DNA of 64,000 nucleotides from Melioribacteraceae bacterium (GTDB lineage: Bacteria; Bacteroidota; Ignavibacteria; Ignavibacteriales; Melioribacteraceae), in NCBI GenBank assembly GCA_023230485.1, contig JALNXG010000007.1, forward strand, positions 813 through 64,812. Direction: 5' to 3'. Position numbers and translations under genes: made by a program. A model generated the notes under the pieces. It was not told the origin of the DNA. It did no database searches and saw nothing but the letters and a program-made list of their open reading frames with translations. Shown here piece by piece: positions 1 to 10,796 of the stretch; position 1 is the first letter of the stretch; each line of letters starts with the position of its first letter.

Positions 1-435
1 CTCGCTCTTGCTTCTCATCAATTATTAAAAAATTCTAAATTGAATTTCTTCGGTAATGTAGAGGGGAGAGATATTTTCAAAGGGAAAGTTGATATTGTTG
101 TTTGCGATGGCTTTACAGGTAATGTGGTTCTAAAATTAGCCGAAAGTGTAATCGGCTTTTTGAAAATAAAAATTAAGCAGTATGCAGATAAGGGAATACT
201 AAATTCCTTAAAAGCACTAGTCGTAAAAAATGTCCTAAAGGTTGCATTGAAAGATATGGATTATCAGTCTCATGGCGGTGTTCCCGTTTTGGGAGTTAAT
301 GGTATCGCAATTGTAGGACATGGATCGAGTTCTCCATTAGCAGTTAAGAATATGATTCTTAGGGCTAAGGAGATGTACGATAAAAATTTAATCGAGAAAA
401 TGGAGGAAGCAATTAATAAATATGCAGTCAACTAA
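1..435 (+). CDS. plsX: Phosphate acyltransferase PlsX, 3' part (5' end lies upstream of the window)
   Basis: Frame 1 is open from nt 1 to the stop at 433-435. The tail contains VVCDGFTGNVVLK and VGHGSSS, typical of PlsX. It lies directly upstream of fabH, the classic plsX-fabH arrangement. Confidence 0.85.
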   Translation, partial: LALASHQLLKNSKLNFFGNVEGRDIFKGKVDIVVCDGFTGNVVLKLAESVIGFLKIKIKQYADKGILNSLKALVVKNVLKVALKDMDYQSHGGVPVLGVNGIAIVGHGSSSPLAVKNMILRAKEMYDKNLIEKMEEAINKYAVN

Positions 436-1423
436 ATTAAATGCTCAAATAACTGCTGTTGGTATGTATGTACCCGATAAAGTTTTAGATAATAAATATT
501 TTGAAGAGATTGTAGAAACAAACGATGAATGGATTGTTTCCCGTACAGGTATTAAAGAAAGAAGAAAGATGGAAAACGGTGCCACTAGCGATATGGCTGC
601 CAATGCTATCTTAGATCTATTAAAAACTACTTCGGTTAAAGCCGAAGAAATAGATGTAATTATTGTTGCTACAGTTACACCTGACATGTTTTTCCCTGCT
701 ACTGCATGTTTAGTTCAGGATAAAATTGGAGCCAAAAATGCTTGGGGATTTGATCTCTCCGCCGCATGTTCCGGTTTCCTTTTTGCATTACAGACCGGTG
801 CCGCATTAATCGAAAGCGGTCGTTATAAAAAAGTAATTGTAGTCGGCTCTGATAAGATGACTGCAATTTCAGATTATACAGATAGAAATACTTGTATTCT
901 ATTTGGTGATGCCGCTTCTGCCATTTTACTCGAACCAACCGAAGACCTTAGTTACGGATTAATTGATACATTATTATATACAGATGGAAGTGGTAAAGAT
1001 GCTCTTAATATGAAAGGGGGTGGAAGTCTTAATCCTTCATCTCACGAAACCGTTGATAATAAGATGCACTATATTTATCAGGACGGTAAAGCAGTTTTCA
1101 AAGTTGCCGTTAAAGGTATGGCTGATATTTCTTACGAAGTAATGAAGAAAAATAATTTAGAATCAGATGATATTGCTTATCTTGTTCCTCATCAAGCAAA
1201 TTTAAGAATAATAGATGCTACCGCTAATAGAATGGGTATCGAAAAAGAAAAAGTTATGATTAATATTCATAAGTATGGAAACACTACTGCAGCTACGATA
1301 CCTTCTTGCTTAACCGAATATTATAGAGCAGGGAAACTTAAAAAAGGAGATAACCTTATTCTTGCCGCATTCGGTGCCGGTTATACTTGGGGTGCCGCTT
1401 ATGTTAAATGGAGCCTCGATTAA
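422..1423 (+). CDS. fabH: 3-oxoacyl-ACP synthase III (KAS III)
   Basis: 333 aa. Catalytic-triad contexts are AACSGF (Cys), VPHQAN (His) and GNTTAATIP (Asn). Overlaps the plsX stop by 14 nt. Confidence 0.95.
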   Translation: MQSTKLNAQITAVGMYVPDKVLDNKYFEEIVETNDEWIVSRTGIKERRKMENGATSDMAANAILDLLKTTSVKAEEIDVIIVATVTPDMFFPATACLVQDKIGAKNAWGFDLSAACSGFLFALQTGAALIESGRYKKVIVVGSDKMTAISDYTDRNTCILFGDAASAILLEPTEDLSYGLIDTLLYTDGSGKDALNMKGGGSLNPSSHETVDNKMHYIYQDGKAVFKVAVKGMADISYEVMKKNNLESDDIAYLVPHQANLRIIDATANRMGIEKEKVMINIHKYGNTTAATIPSCLTEYYRAGKLKKGDNLILAAFGAGYTWGAAYVKWSLD

Positions 1424-1460
1424 TTGGTAAATCTGGTTAAAATATTAATGAGCAAATCTA

Positions 1461-2375
1461 ATGGGTAAAATCGCTTTCTTATTTCCGGGGCAGGGTTCTC
1501 AATATATTGGGATGGCTAAGGATTTATTCGAAAATTCCGGCGATGCTAAACTTCTAATCGAATCTGCTGAAGAGATCATGGGAATTAAAATTTCCGATGT
1601 AATGTTCAATGGTACCGAAGAAGCTCTTAAGCAAACTGATATTACTCAACCGGCTATTTTTATTCATAGTATGGTTCTCTCTTACTTATTAAAATCTATT
1701 AAACCTGATATGTCAGCAGGTCATTCTCTTGGAGAATATTCTGCATTAGTTCAAGCAGGTGCTATTCAGTATCATGATGCTGTTAGTTTAGTGCGACTTC
1801 GAGGTTCTGCTATGCTAACTGCCGGAATTGAACAGCCAGGTACTATGGCTGCAATACTCGGTATGGAAAAAGCAAAATTATACGAGATATGCGCTGATGT
1901 AGCAAAAGAATTTATAGTTCAATGTGCTAATTTTAATTCACCGGGACAGATAGTTATTTCTGGTTCAGTCGAAGGCGTTAAGAAAGCAATGGAAATTGCT
2001 AAATCTAATGGTGCTAAATTGGTAAAAGAATTAGTCGTTAGCGGTGCTTTCCATTCACCATTAATGTTCAGTGCGATAGAAAAATTGGAAACGAAATTAG
2101 AACATATTGCAATTGAAGATGCTAAAATTCCTGTATATACAAATGTTACCGCTAAACCTGTTACTTCTAAAGACGAGATAAAATCTAATCTATCTAAACA
2201 ATTATCTGCCGCAGTTCAATGGGAAGATACAATTAAAAATATGATAGAAGATGGCGCAACTGAATTTTATGAGATTGGTCCGGGAAAGGTATTACAAGGA
2301 TTAGTAAAAAGAATTAATCCGAACGTTAATATTTTCGGAATAGATAAATATTCTGATCTGGAGAAGTATCTCTAA
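1461..2375 (+). CDS. fabD: Malonyl-CoA:ACP transacylase
   Basis: 304 aa. Contains FPGQGSQ and the active-site Ser motif GHSLGEYSAL. Sits in the fab operon. Confidence 0.95.
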   Translation: MGKIAFLFPGQGSQYIGMAKDLFENSGDAKLLIESAEEIMGIKISDVMFNGTEEALKQTDITQPAIFIHSMVLSYLLKSIKPDMSAGHSLGEYSALVQAGAIQYHDAVSLVRLRGSAMLTAGIEQPGTMAAILGMEKAKLYEICADVAKEFIVQCANFNSPGQIVISGSVEGVKKAMEIAKSNGAKLVKELVVSGAFHSPLMFSAIEKLETKLEHIAIEDAKIPVYTNVTAKPVTSKDEIKSNLSKQLSAAVQWEDTIKNMIEDGATEFYEIGPGKVLQGLVKRINPNVNIFGIDKYSDLEKYL

Positions 2376-2968
2376 TGTCCGAACAAAAGTATGATAAAAA
2401 AATAAATGGACTTTTTATTGACCCTTTGATATTCACGCAGAAATTTGTGAAGTCATGCGATGTATGTATCTGTTCAGGTGAATGCTGTTACTATGGCGTT
2501 TATACAGATAAATTAGAGCACGATAAAATCATGGAGATTAAAGAGAGAATAATTCAATCAATGGATGATTCTCAAATTAAAGACCCTGAGAAATGGTTTG
2601 AAGCTCCACAGGAAGATAGCGATTTTGATTCAGGTATTGCAGTCGGAACAGAAGTTTATAATGGAAAATGTGTCTTTTTAGATAAAGTCGGTTATTGCAC
2701 CCTCCAGAAAATCGCCTTTGAAGATGGCGAAAATAAGTGGAAATATAAACCCATATATTGTATATTATTTCCCTTAGTTATTTATGAAGGAGCACTTACG
2801 GTAGATTTAGACCATTTGGGTCGGATGCACTACTGTAATAAAATTGAAAATCAGACATCAACTGTTTTCGATTGCTGTCAAAATGAATTAAAGCATCTTC
2901 TTGGTGAAGAAGGTTTTAATGAGTTATTAAAATACAAAGTAGAATATTTCTCAAAGAATTTAGAGTAA
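2375..2968 (+). CDS. Cys-rich hypothetical protein (DUF3109 / YkgJ-like putative metal-binding protein)
   Basis: 197 aa. The ATG overlaps the fabD stop (TAATG). Cys clusters are SCDVCICSGECCYYG, GKCVFLDKVGYC and FDCC. The C-x-C-x-G-x-CC-x-x-G pattern resembles what I recall of DUF3109; family assignment is from memory only. Confidence 0.6.
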   Translation: MSEQKYDKKINGLFIDPLIFTQKFVKSCDVCICSGECCYYGVYTDKLEHDKIMEIKERIIQSMDDSQIKDPEKWFEAPQEDSDFDSGIAVGTEVYNGKCVFLDKVGYCTLQKIAFEDGENKWKYKPIYCILFPLVIYEGALTVDLDHLGRMHYCNKIENQTSTVFDCCQNELKHLLGEEGFNELLKYKVEYFSKNLE

Positions 2969-2971
2969 AAA

Positions 2972-3715
2972 TTGAAATTAGAAAATAAAGTGGCAATTGT
3001 AACTGGTGGCAGCAGGGGAATCGGAAGAGCGATTGTTCTTCAATTAGCTTCCGATGGTGCTAAAGTAATCTTTACTTATCAATCATCTGAACAAGTTGCT
3101 AATGAATTGGCTGAGGAAGTAAAGAAAAATGGTGGCGAAGCTTATTGTATAAAAGCTGATGCTTCATCTTTTGAAGAAGCTCAGAATGTTGTAAATTTCG
3201 CTCTTGAAAAATTTGGCTCTGTTTCTATTCTTGTGAATAATGCAGGAGCAACGAAAGATAATCTCTTATTAAGAATGAGTGAAAGCGATTTTGATTCTGT
3301 TATTAACACGAATTTGAAAAGTGTTTTTAATTACACTAAAGCAATATTGAAACCGTTCTTAGGTCAAAGATTTGGTAAAATTATAAATATAAGTTCAGTC
3401 GTTGCAATTACAGGAAATGCCGGTCAGGCAAATTATGTTGCTGCAAAAGCGGGAGTAATTGGACTTACGAAATCAAATGCAAAAGAATTAGCTTCAAGAA
3501 ATATAAATGTAAATGCCATTGCACCCGGATTTATCGAGACTGATATGACAAGTAAACTTACCGATCTGCAAAAGGATGCAATTTTAGTAAACGTCCCGTT
3601 GAAGAAAATGGGTAAACCGGAAGATATAGCTAAATTAGTTTCATTTCTCAGCAGTTCTGATTCCGATTATATAACGGGTCAGGTTATAGCTGTCGATGGC
3701 GGAATGGTAATGTAA
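2972..3715 (+). CDS. fabG: 3-oxoacyl-ACP reductase
   Basis: 247 aa, TTG start. SDR motifs TGGSRGIG, NNAG and YVAAK (YxxxK). Lies between fabD and acpP. Confidence 0.93.
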   Translation: MKLENKVAIVTGGSRGIGRAIVLQLASDGAKVIFTYQSSEQVANELAEEVKKNGGEAYCIKADASSFEEAQNVVNFALEKFGSVSILVNNAGATKDNLLLRMSESDFDSVINTNLKSVFNYTKAILKPFLGQRFGKIINISSVVAITGNAGQANYVAAKAGVIGLTKSNAKELASRNINVNAIAPGFIETDMTSKLTDLQKDAILVNVPLKKMGKPEDIAKLVSFLSSSDSDYITGQVIAVDGGMVM

Positions 3716-3756
3716 TAGATTTTAACAAATTAATTAATCATTAAAGGAGAAACAAA

Positions 3757-3996
3757 ATGGATGTTTACTCAAAAGTAAAAGAAATAGTTGTCGATAAACT
3801 TGGTGCAGAAGAATCAGCTATTACTATGGAAGCATCTTTTACTAACGATTTAGGTGCAGATTCTTTGGACGTTGTAGAATTAATAATGGGTTTTGAAAGT
3901 GCTTTTAATATTCAAACAGATGAAGCAGCTGAAAAAATTTCAACTGTCGGAGATGCAGTAAAATATATAGAAAGTAAATTAGCTGAAAAAGCTTAA
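3757..3996 (+). CDS. acpP: Acyl carrier protein
   Basis: 79 aa with the phosphopantetheine attachment motif [20 protein letters not shown] upstream. Confidence 0.97.
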   Translation: MDVYSKVKEIVVDKLGAEESAITMEASFTNDLGADSLDVVELIMGFESAFNIQTDEAAEKISTVGDAVKYIESKLAEKA

Positions 3997-4008
3997 GTAA
4001 AATTATTA

Positions 4009-4036
4009 CCCCTGCTATTGCAGGGGATAATTTTTA
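4009..4036 (+). terminator. Rho-independent terminator/attenuator after acpP
   Basis: Perfect 7-bp stem CCCCTGC (4009-4015), loop TATT, GCAGGGG (4020-4026), followed by ATAATTTTT. Confidence 0.7.
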
Positions 4037-4069
4037 ATAAAAGTTAATGTCAATATTTTATAGGGTTTT

Positions 4070-5314
4070 ATGAGAAATAGAAGAGTTGTAATTACAGGGT
4101 TAGGTGCCCTCACACCAATCGGAAATAATGTAATTGAATTTTGGGAAGGTCTAAAATCAGGTAGGAATGGTGCCGGACTAATAACTAAATTTGATACAAC
4201 TAATTTTAATACTCATTTTGCATTTGAATTAAAGAATTATGACCCATCTCAATATATCGATAAAAAAGAATTAAAGAGAATGGACCCTTTTACACAATTA
4301 GGTGTAGCTTCTTCAGTAATGGCAATGGAGGATTCCGGACTTGATCTTGAAAAAGAGAACCTCGAAAGAATTGGTGTTGTTTTTGGAAGCGGTATTGGTG
4401 GAATGTTTACTTTTGAAGCTCAACATGCTGCTTTCATTGAAGGCGGTCCTAGAAGAATCAGTCCTTTTTTTGTACCTATGATGATCTCTGATATTGCAGC
4501 AGGACAGATTTCGATTAGATACGGATTAAAAGGTCCAAACTATGCTACAACTTCTGCATGTGCTACATCATCACATGCAATCGCTGATGCTTTTATGTTA
4601 GTACAAAGAGGTTCAGCAGATGTAATGCTTTGCGGAGGCGCAGAAGCTGCAATCACTCCAATGTCTATCGGCGGTTTTAATGCCCTAAGAGCTTTATCGA
4701 CATGGAATGACCGTTATATGGAAGCTTCTCGTCCATTCGATAAAGACCGTAATGGTTTTGTAATGGCAGAAGGCGCAGGTACATTAGTAATAGAAGATTT
4801 AGAACATGCTCTTAAACGCGGAGCAAAAATTTATGCTGAATTGGCAGGTATAGGATTAACCGCTGATGCCCATCATATTACAGCTCCCGCTCCCGGCGGC
4901 GAGGGTGCCGTTCGCTCAATGAGAGAAGCTTTAAGAGATGCTGAAGTAGAGCCTGAAATGGTAGATTATATTAATGCTCATGGCACTTCTACCGACTTAA
5001 ATGATGTAAATGAATCAAAAGCAATTAAAACTGTATTTGGCGAACATGCTTATAAATTAGCCGTTAGTTCCACTAAATCGATGACTGGTCATCTATTAGG
5101 TGCCGCAGGCGCAGTAGAATCTATTGCTACCTTACTTGCTATAAATAATAGTCTGATACCACCAACCATCAATTTAGACGAACCCGATCCTGAATGCGAC
5201 TTAAATTATACGCCTAAAGTGGCTGTTCCCAAAGAGATAAATATAGCAATTAGTAATACTTTTGGATTTGGCGGACATAATGCATCACTATTATTTAAGA
5301 AATATTCAGAATAA
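4070..5314 (+). CDS. fabF: 3-oxoacyl-ACP synthase II (KAS II)
   Basis: 414 aa. Active-site Cys in TSACATS, plus HGTSTDLND and GHLLGAAG motifs. Confidence 0.95.
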   Translation: MRNRRVVITGLGALTPIGNNVIEFWEGLKSGRNGAGLITKFDTTNFNTHFAFELKNYDPSQYIDKKELKRMDPFTQLGVASSVMAMEDSGLDLEKENLERIGVVFGSGIGGMFTFEAQHAAFIEGGPRRISPFFVPMMISDIAAGQISIRYGLKGPNYATTSACATSSHAIADAFMLVQRGSADVMLCGGAEAAITPMSIGGFNALRALSTWNDRYMEASRPFDKDRNGFVMAEGAGTLVIEDLEHALKRGAKIYAELAGIGLTADAHHITAPAPGGEGAVRSMREALRDAEVEPEMVDYINAHGTSTDLNDVNESKAIKTVFGEHAYKLAVSSTKSMTGHLLGAAGAVESIATLLAINNSLIPPTINLDEPDPECDLNYTPKVAVPKEINIAISNTFGFGGHNASLLFKKYSE

Positions 5315-5316
5315 AA

Positions 5317-6069
5317 TTGTTTAGTTTTATTTTTGGAAGCAAAAAGTCTAAACTTGTTGCAATTCATTTTAATAAGAAGAAACAAAAGGAATTAAATAAA
5401 GTGCTTGGTTTTAGTATCAAAGATAAAGCACTTTATTTAAAATCTTTTACGCATCGTTCTTATTTGGAATTGTATCCTGAATTAGAGAAATCTAATGAAA
5501 GATTAGAATTTCTCGGCGATTCGGTTCTGAATATGTCTGTGGCAAAATTTCTTTTTAATGCTAATCGATATAAAGACGAAGGTTTCCTTACAAAAGCTCG
5601 CGCATATCTTGTAAATAGAGATAATCTATTTAATTCCGCAGAAAGAATCGGCTTATCAGATTTCCTCCTGTTAAATAAAAAATATCTCGTTAATTCCAAA
5701 GAAGGGATGAAAACTGTCCTAGCTGATGCCACTGAAGCACTTATTGCGGCAATCTATTTGGATAAAGGGGAAAAGGTAACAGATGAATTTATTTATAGAT
5801 TTGTTATCGCTCCTTTTGTAAATACCGATTTCGTTAAAGCTGATAATAACTTTAAAGGTCAGCTTTTGGAACTTGCTCATGCTAATAAATTAGGACATCC
5901 TCACTATAAAGTAATTGACGAAAAAGGTCCCGAACATAAAAAAGAATTTACTGTTGAAGTCTATATTGGTGATATATTTTACAGTACCGGTAAAGGCGGA
6001 AATAAAAAAAATGCCGAACAAGAAGCTTCCAAAATAGCCCTCAATAAACTAATATCATCAATAGAATAA
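5317..6069 (+). CDS. rnc: Ribonuclease III
   Basis: 250 aa, TTG start. RNase III signature ERLEFLGDSVL, with a C-terminal dsRBD-like region (KEFTVEV...GKGGNKKNAEQEAS). Confidence 0.9.
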   Translation: MFSFIFGSKKSKLVAIHFNKKKQKELNKVLGFSIKDKALYLKSFTHRSYLELYPELEKSNERLEFLGDSVLNMSVAKFLFNANRYKDEGFLTKARAYLVNRDNLFNSAERIGLSDFLLLNKKYLVNSKEGMKTVLADATEALIAAIYLDKGEKVTDEFIYRFVIAPFVNTDFVKADNNFKGQLLELAHANKLGHPHYKVIDEKGPEHKKEFTVEVYIGDIFYSTGKGGNKKNAEQEASKIALNKLISSIE

Positions 6070-6149
6070 TTTTTAGTATTATTTATCTCGTCCCTAAATT
6101 TTAATTCCAATAAAGTTTTTTATATTTACTTATCATTATTAAATAAAAT

Positions 6150-9056
6150 GTGAATACTATGAATAATTTCCAATTTAATGACCAATTTGTCGATAGGCAT
6201 ATTGGTATCAGCAAACAAGATTATAATGAAATGCTATCTTTATTAGGTGTAAAATCATTAGATGAATTGATTAATTTGACACTGCCTGATTCGATCCGAT
6301 TAAAGAAAGAATTACAATTAGATGAACCGATGAGCGAATTTCAATTCCTTAAACATCTTTCAGAAATTGCTTCCAAAAACAAATTATTTACAAACTATAT
6401 TGGTTTAGGATATTATCCGACAATTACTCCCGGAGTTATTGTAAGAAATATTTTAGAGAATCCGGGTTGGTACACTTCATATACACCATATCAAGCCGAA
6501 ATATCTCAAGGTAGATTAGAAGCACTTCTCAATTTCCAGACTGTAATCGCTGACTTAACCGGATTAAAAATTGCAAATGCATCTTTATTAGATGAAGGTA
6601 CATCTGCCGCAGAAGCTATGGGTATGCTTTATTCACTTCGTAAACCAAACAAAAAGAACGCTAATCTATTTTTAGTTTCTGATTCTGTTTTCCCTCAAAC
6701 TCTTGATGTAATGATCACAAGAGCTGAACCTCTTGGTATCGAAATAAAAGTATGCGACATAACTGAAGAAGAATTAACTGATGATGTTTTCGGTATTTTA
6801 GTCCAATACCCGGATGCTAATGGTGAAGTAAATGATTTCAAAAAATTATTTGAAGTTGCCAACCAAAAAGGGATTTATAAAGCAGTTGCCGCTGACCTAT
6901 TAAGTTTGACCTTACTCACACCTCCCGGTGAATTTGGAGCTGATATAGCAGTTGGATCGGCACAGAGGTTTGGCGTACCGATGGGACTTGGTGGTCCTCA
7001 TGCAGCTTATTTTTCTACTCGTGATGAATTTAAAAGACAAATTCCGGGCAGAATTATCGGTGTATCGATTGATTCGCAAGGAAGACCCGCTCTTAGAATG
7101 GCTTTACAGACACGTGAACAGCATATAAAGCGCGAACACGCTACAAGTAATATTTGTACTGCCCAAGCTCTTTTGGCTATCATGGCGAGCATGTATGCGG
7201 TTTATCATGGACCAATTGGATTAAAAGAGATTGCATTAAGAATTAATCGGCTTGCACAATTCTTAGAATTGAATTTAACCTATCTTGGTTATGAGCAGAC
7301 AAATAAATATTATTTTGATACTCTAAAAATTACTCTCACCTCACATGAAGAGATGGCAAGATTAAATATGCTGTCTGAAGAAAAATCAATAAATCTTCGA
7401 AGAATATCTGAAACTGAAATCGGAATCTCTCTCGATGAGACAAAAACAATAGATGATATAAATATATTAATTGGGATATTCGCTGAATTAAAAGGAAAAG
7501 AAACTCCAAATATTGAAGCTGTATCATTAGATGGGAAAACAACAATCGATTTAGATTCTTTATTCGGTAGAAAAACAGGTTATTTAACTCATCCTGTCTT
7601 TAATAGCTACTACTCTGAAACTGATATGATGAGATATATAAAAAGTCTTGAGAAAAAAGATTTATCATTAAATACTTCAATGATTCCGCTTGGTTCATGC
7701 ACAATGAAATTGAATGCAGCCAGCGAAATGTTCGGTATTACTTGGAAAGAATTTACCGATATGCATCCATTTGCACCAAAGAATCAATCTGAAGGTTATC
7801 AAATCATCTTTAAGGAATTAGAGAAACAATTAGCAGAAATCACAGGATTTAAGGGTGTTTCATTACAGCCAAATTCAGGTGCGCAAGGAGAATATACTGG
7901 TCTTATGGTCATTCGTGCTTACCACAAAAATAATGGCGATCTTAATCGTAATATTTGTTTGATTCCATCATCTGCTCATGGTACTAATCCTGCAAGTGCA
8001 GTTATGGTAGGGAATAAAGTTGTCGTTGTAAAATGCGATAATCATGGCAACGTAGACATTAATGATCTAAAAGAAAAAGCTGAACAATATAAAGATACTC
8101 TTTCAAGCTTAATGATTACATATCCATCTACTCATGGAGTATTTGAAAAAAACATAATCGATATCTGTGATATCATTCATCAAAATGGCGGTTTGGTTTA
8201 TATGGATGGCGCAAATATGAATGCACAAGTGGGATTAACTTCTCCCGGATTTATTGGTGCTGATGTCTGTCATCTAAATTTACATAAAACATTCACAATA
8301 CCTCATGGCGGCGGCGGTCCGGGTGTTGGCCCAATTGGAGTTAATGAAAAATTACTACCATTCCTTCCGGGTCATTCCCTCATAAAAATCGGAAACGAAA
8401 AAGCAATTAATGCGGTTTCTTCCGCTCCTTATGGAAGTGCGAATGTTATGCTTATCCCATATGCTTATATAAAAATGATGGGAGCTAAGGGATTGACAGA
8501 AGCTACTAAAGCCGCAATTCTGAACGCAAATTATATTAAAGCTAAATTGGAAAAAGAATATAAAGTTCTATACGCTGGCGAAAATGGTTTCGTAGCTCAT
8601 GAACTTATATTTGATTTAAGAGAGTTTAAGGCTACGACTGGTGTAGAAGTGGAAGATGTAGCTAAAAGATTGATGGATTACGGTTATCATGCACCTACGG
8701 TTTCTTTCCCAGTACCGGGTACTTTAATGGTTGAACCAACAGAAAGTGAATCACTTAATGAATTAAATAAATTCTGCTCGGTTATGCTTGCTATAAAGAA
8801 AGAAATAAAGGAAATTGAAGTTGGGCAATACGATAAAGCCTCAAACGTTCTGAAAAATGCTCCACATACGGCATTAGCAGTAATTGCCGATGAATGGAAA
8901 AATAGTTATTCGAGAGAGAAAGCTATTTTCCCTGATAATTATACTCGTGAAAACAAATTTTGGCCCGCAGTCGGTCGTGTTAATAATGCTTATGGAGATA
9001 GGAATTTGGTCTGTTCATGTCCACCAATAACAGATTATGTATCAAATGAGGAATGA
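6150..9056 (+). CDS. gcvP: Glycine dehydrogenase (decarboxylating), single-chain P protein
   Basis: 968 aa. PLP-lysine context [18 protein letters not shown] and [21 protein letters not shown]. The start could be the ATG at 6159. Confidence 0.95.
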   Translation: MNTMNNFQFNDQFVDRHIGISKQDYNEMLSLLGVKSLDELINLTLPDSIRLKKELQLDEPMSEFQFLKHLSEIASKNKLFTNYIGLGYYPTITPGVIVRNILENPGWYTSYTPYQAEISQGRLEALLNFQTVIADLTGLKIANASLLDEGTSAAEAMGMLYSLRKPNKKNANLFLVSDSVFPQTLDVMITRAEPLGIEIKVCDITEEELTDDVFGILVQYPDANGEVNDFKKLFEVANQKGIYKAVAADLLSLTLLTPPGEFGADIAVGSAQRFGVPMGLGGPHAAYFSTRDEFKRQIPGRIIGVSIDSQGRPALRMALQTREQHIKREHATSNICTAQALLAIMASMYAVYHGPIGLKEIALRINRLAQFLELNLTYLGYEQTNKYYFDTLKITLTSHEEMARLNMLSEEKSINLRRISETEIGISLDETKTIDDINILIGIFAELKGKETPNIEAVSLDGKTTIDLDSLFGRKTGYLTHPVFNSYYSETDMMRYIKSLEKKDLSLNTSMIPLGSCTMKLNAASEMFGITWKEFTDMHPFAPKNQSEGYQIIFKELEKQLAEITGFKGVSLQPNSGAQGEYTGLMVIRAYHKNNGDLNRNICLIPSSAHGTNPASAVMVGNKVVVVKCDNHGNVDINDLKEKAEQYKDTLSSLMITYPSTHGVFEKNIIDICDIIHQNGGLVYMDGANMNAQVGLTSPGFIGADVCHLNLHKTFTIPHGGGGPGVGPIGVNEKLLPFLPGHSLIKIGNEKAINAVSSAPYGSANVMLIPYAYIKMMGAKGLTEATKAAILNANYIKAKLEKEYKVLYAGENGFVAHELIFDLREFKATTGVEVEDVAKRLMDYGYHAPTVSFPVPGTLMVEPTESESLNELNKFCSVMLAIKKEIKEIEVGQYDKASNVLKNAPHTALAVIADEWKNSYSREKAIFPDNYTRENKFWPAVGRVNNAYGDRNLVCSCPPITDYVSNEE

Positions 9057-9474
9057 TATGGAAAAATTAAATGATATTTGTAATGTATTGAAATATTCTA
9101 AAACTATTGCGGTTATCGGTATTTCCGATAACCCTGATAGATCCAGCGTTCAGATAGCTGAATTTCTTCTCCAAAAAGGGTATAATGTTATTGGGGTTAA
9201 CCCAAAGATTACTTCTTCAGGAAGTATTAAAGTTTATCCATCATTATTGGATATTCCGGAGAAAATCGATATTGTGGATGTTTTTAGGAGATCAGAATTT
9301 ATTGCTGAACTAATCCCTGATGTATTAGCTATTAAACCAAATACATTATGGCTTCAGCAGGGAATAAGAAATGATGAAGCTGTAAAACCGGTTGAAGAAG
9401 CAGGAATAAATGTAATTCAAGATAAATGTATTGCAGTATATTTTAACCTTTGCAAGTCAACTAATAAAGAATAA
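9037..9474 (+). CDS. CoA-binding domain protein (YccU/YneT-like)
   Basis: Contains [14 protein letters not shown]...[10 protein letters not shown], typical of the CoA_binding_2 family. The likely true start is the ATG at 9058, just after the gcvP stop. Confidence 0.75.
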   Translation: MYQMRNDMEKLNDICNVLKYSKTIAVIGISDNPDRSSVQIAEFLLQKGYNVIGVNPKITSSGSIKVYPSLLDIPEKIDIVDVFRRSEFIAELIPDVLAIKPNTLWLQQGIRNDEAVKPVEEAGINVIQDKCIAVYFNLCKSTNKE

Positions 9475-9479
9475 TTTAC

Positions 9480-10796
9480 TTGAAAAAATATCGTTTTAAT
9501 TTACTATCCCTGTTTTTAATAACATTCGCTCTAGCAGCTAATAATAATGCCCAAACCGGCACAACAGTTATTGACTCCATAAAAATTATAGGAAATTCTC
9601 TAACGGAAGATTTTATAATTTTGAGAGAATTGTCTATTAAAGAAAAGGATGCAGTTGATAAGCGAATATTAAAATTCAATAAAGAAAGAATTTTCAGTCT
9701 TGGGATATTTACTTCAGTCGAACTTAATATCGAAAAATTCCCTAAATACAATCAATTAAATATAGTAGTCGAAGAAGGTTGGTATATCTATCCGGTTCCC
9801 TTTATTTCCCGTTCCAACCAGAAGAAAAACTCCTACTCGTATGGAATTAATGCAGAAATAAAAAATTTCCGAGGCAGAAATGAATTGCTAAAAGGGGGTG
9901 TGAGTTTTGGTTATGATCCATCCCTTTCTGTTGCTTATGATAATCCTACGATATTATTTAAATATGATTTAGGAATGAGAATCGGTCTTGGCTATTCTGA
10001 ATCAAATAATAAGAATAACGCAATAAATGAAACGGTAGGCGGCGAATTTACTACTAAAAACTATAATGCTGATTTCATGCTCTATAAAAGACTAAACCAA
10101 TTTGATGTGTTAAGCGTGCCTACTTCATTCACATATATATATTATCCAAATAAAATTGACCGTAGTCTTACCGCATCACGTCAAAATATCGATAGAATAT
10201 TGGCAGTTGGAGTTAGTTATCTTCATGATACACGAGATTTAAAGCAATTTCCTAAAGAAGGACTTTTCTTACATGCTAATGTAACGCATAAAGGTTTTGG
10301 TATAACGGATATTAATTATAATATACTTTATATTGATGTAAGATACTATCAACCACTAAACGACTTTTTGTTTTCAAAATTTAGATATACAAACAGACTT
10401 ACATCTAATACAGTCCCATTTTTTGATCTCTCTTATTTGGGTTATGGAGAGGTTATCAGAGGAAGGAGAGACATTCAAAGAGAAGGGAATAATCTTGTTA
10501 AAGGATCAGTAGAATTATTTACTCCAATACTTGAGGATTTGAATTTTAGATTAAAGCTCCCCATTATTCCCAAAAGCTTAACCTCCGGAAGAATTGGTAT
10601 CTATTTCGGAATATTTGCAGATGTAGGAACTGTACTTAATAATAATAATCAAGGAATTGCTCTGGATATGTTGAGTGCCGGTTATGGAGCCGGAATAACA
10701 ATCTTGGTTTTGCCTTATAATTCTATTCGATTTGAATATGCTTTCGGACAAAAAAATAAAGGAGAATTTTCAATTGATACAGGAATATCTTTCTGA
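9480..10796 (+). CDS. Omp85/BamA-family outer membrane protein (one POTRA plus beta-barrel)
   Basis: 438 aa, TTG start, with a signal peptide (LSLFLITFALAANNNAQ). A POTRA-like segment (IKIIGNSLTEDFIILRELSIKEKD) precedes a beta-barrel-like C-terminus ending in aromatic residues (...IDTGISF). Confidence 0.7.
   Translation: MKKYRFNLLSLFLITFALAANNNAQTGTTVIDSIKIIGNSLTEDFIILRELSIKEKDAVDKRILKFNKERIFSLGIFTSVELNIEKFPKYNQLNIVVEEGWYIYPVPFISRSNQKKNSYSYGINAEIKNFRGRNELLKGGVSFGYDPSLSVAYDNPTILFKYDLGMRIGLGYSESNNKNNAINETVGGEFTTKNYNADFMLYKRLNQFDVLSVPTSFTYIYYPNKIDRSLTASRQNIDRILAVGVSYLHDTRDLKQFPKEGLFLHANVTHKGFGITDINYNILYIDVRYYQPLNDFLFSKFRYTNRLTSNTVPFFDLSYLGYGEVIRGRRDIQREGNNLVKGSVELFTPILEDLNFRLKLPIIPKSLTSGRIGIYFGIFADVGTVLNNNNQGIALDMLSAGYGAGITILVLPYNSIRFEYAFGQKNKGEFSIDTGISF

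Noticed and set aside
6070-6149. Possible glycine riboswitch upstream of gcvP
   Set aside because: The spacer is only 80 nt and extremely AT-rich. I could not find the conserved GGAGAG...CACCG-type cores or paired stems.
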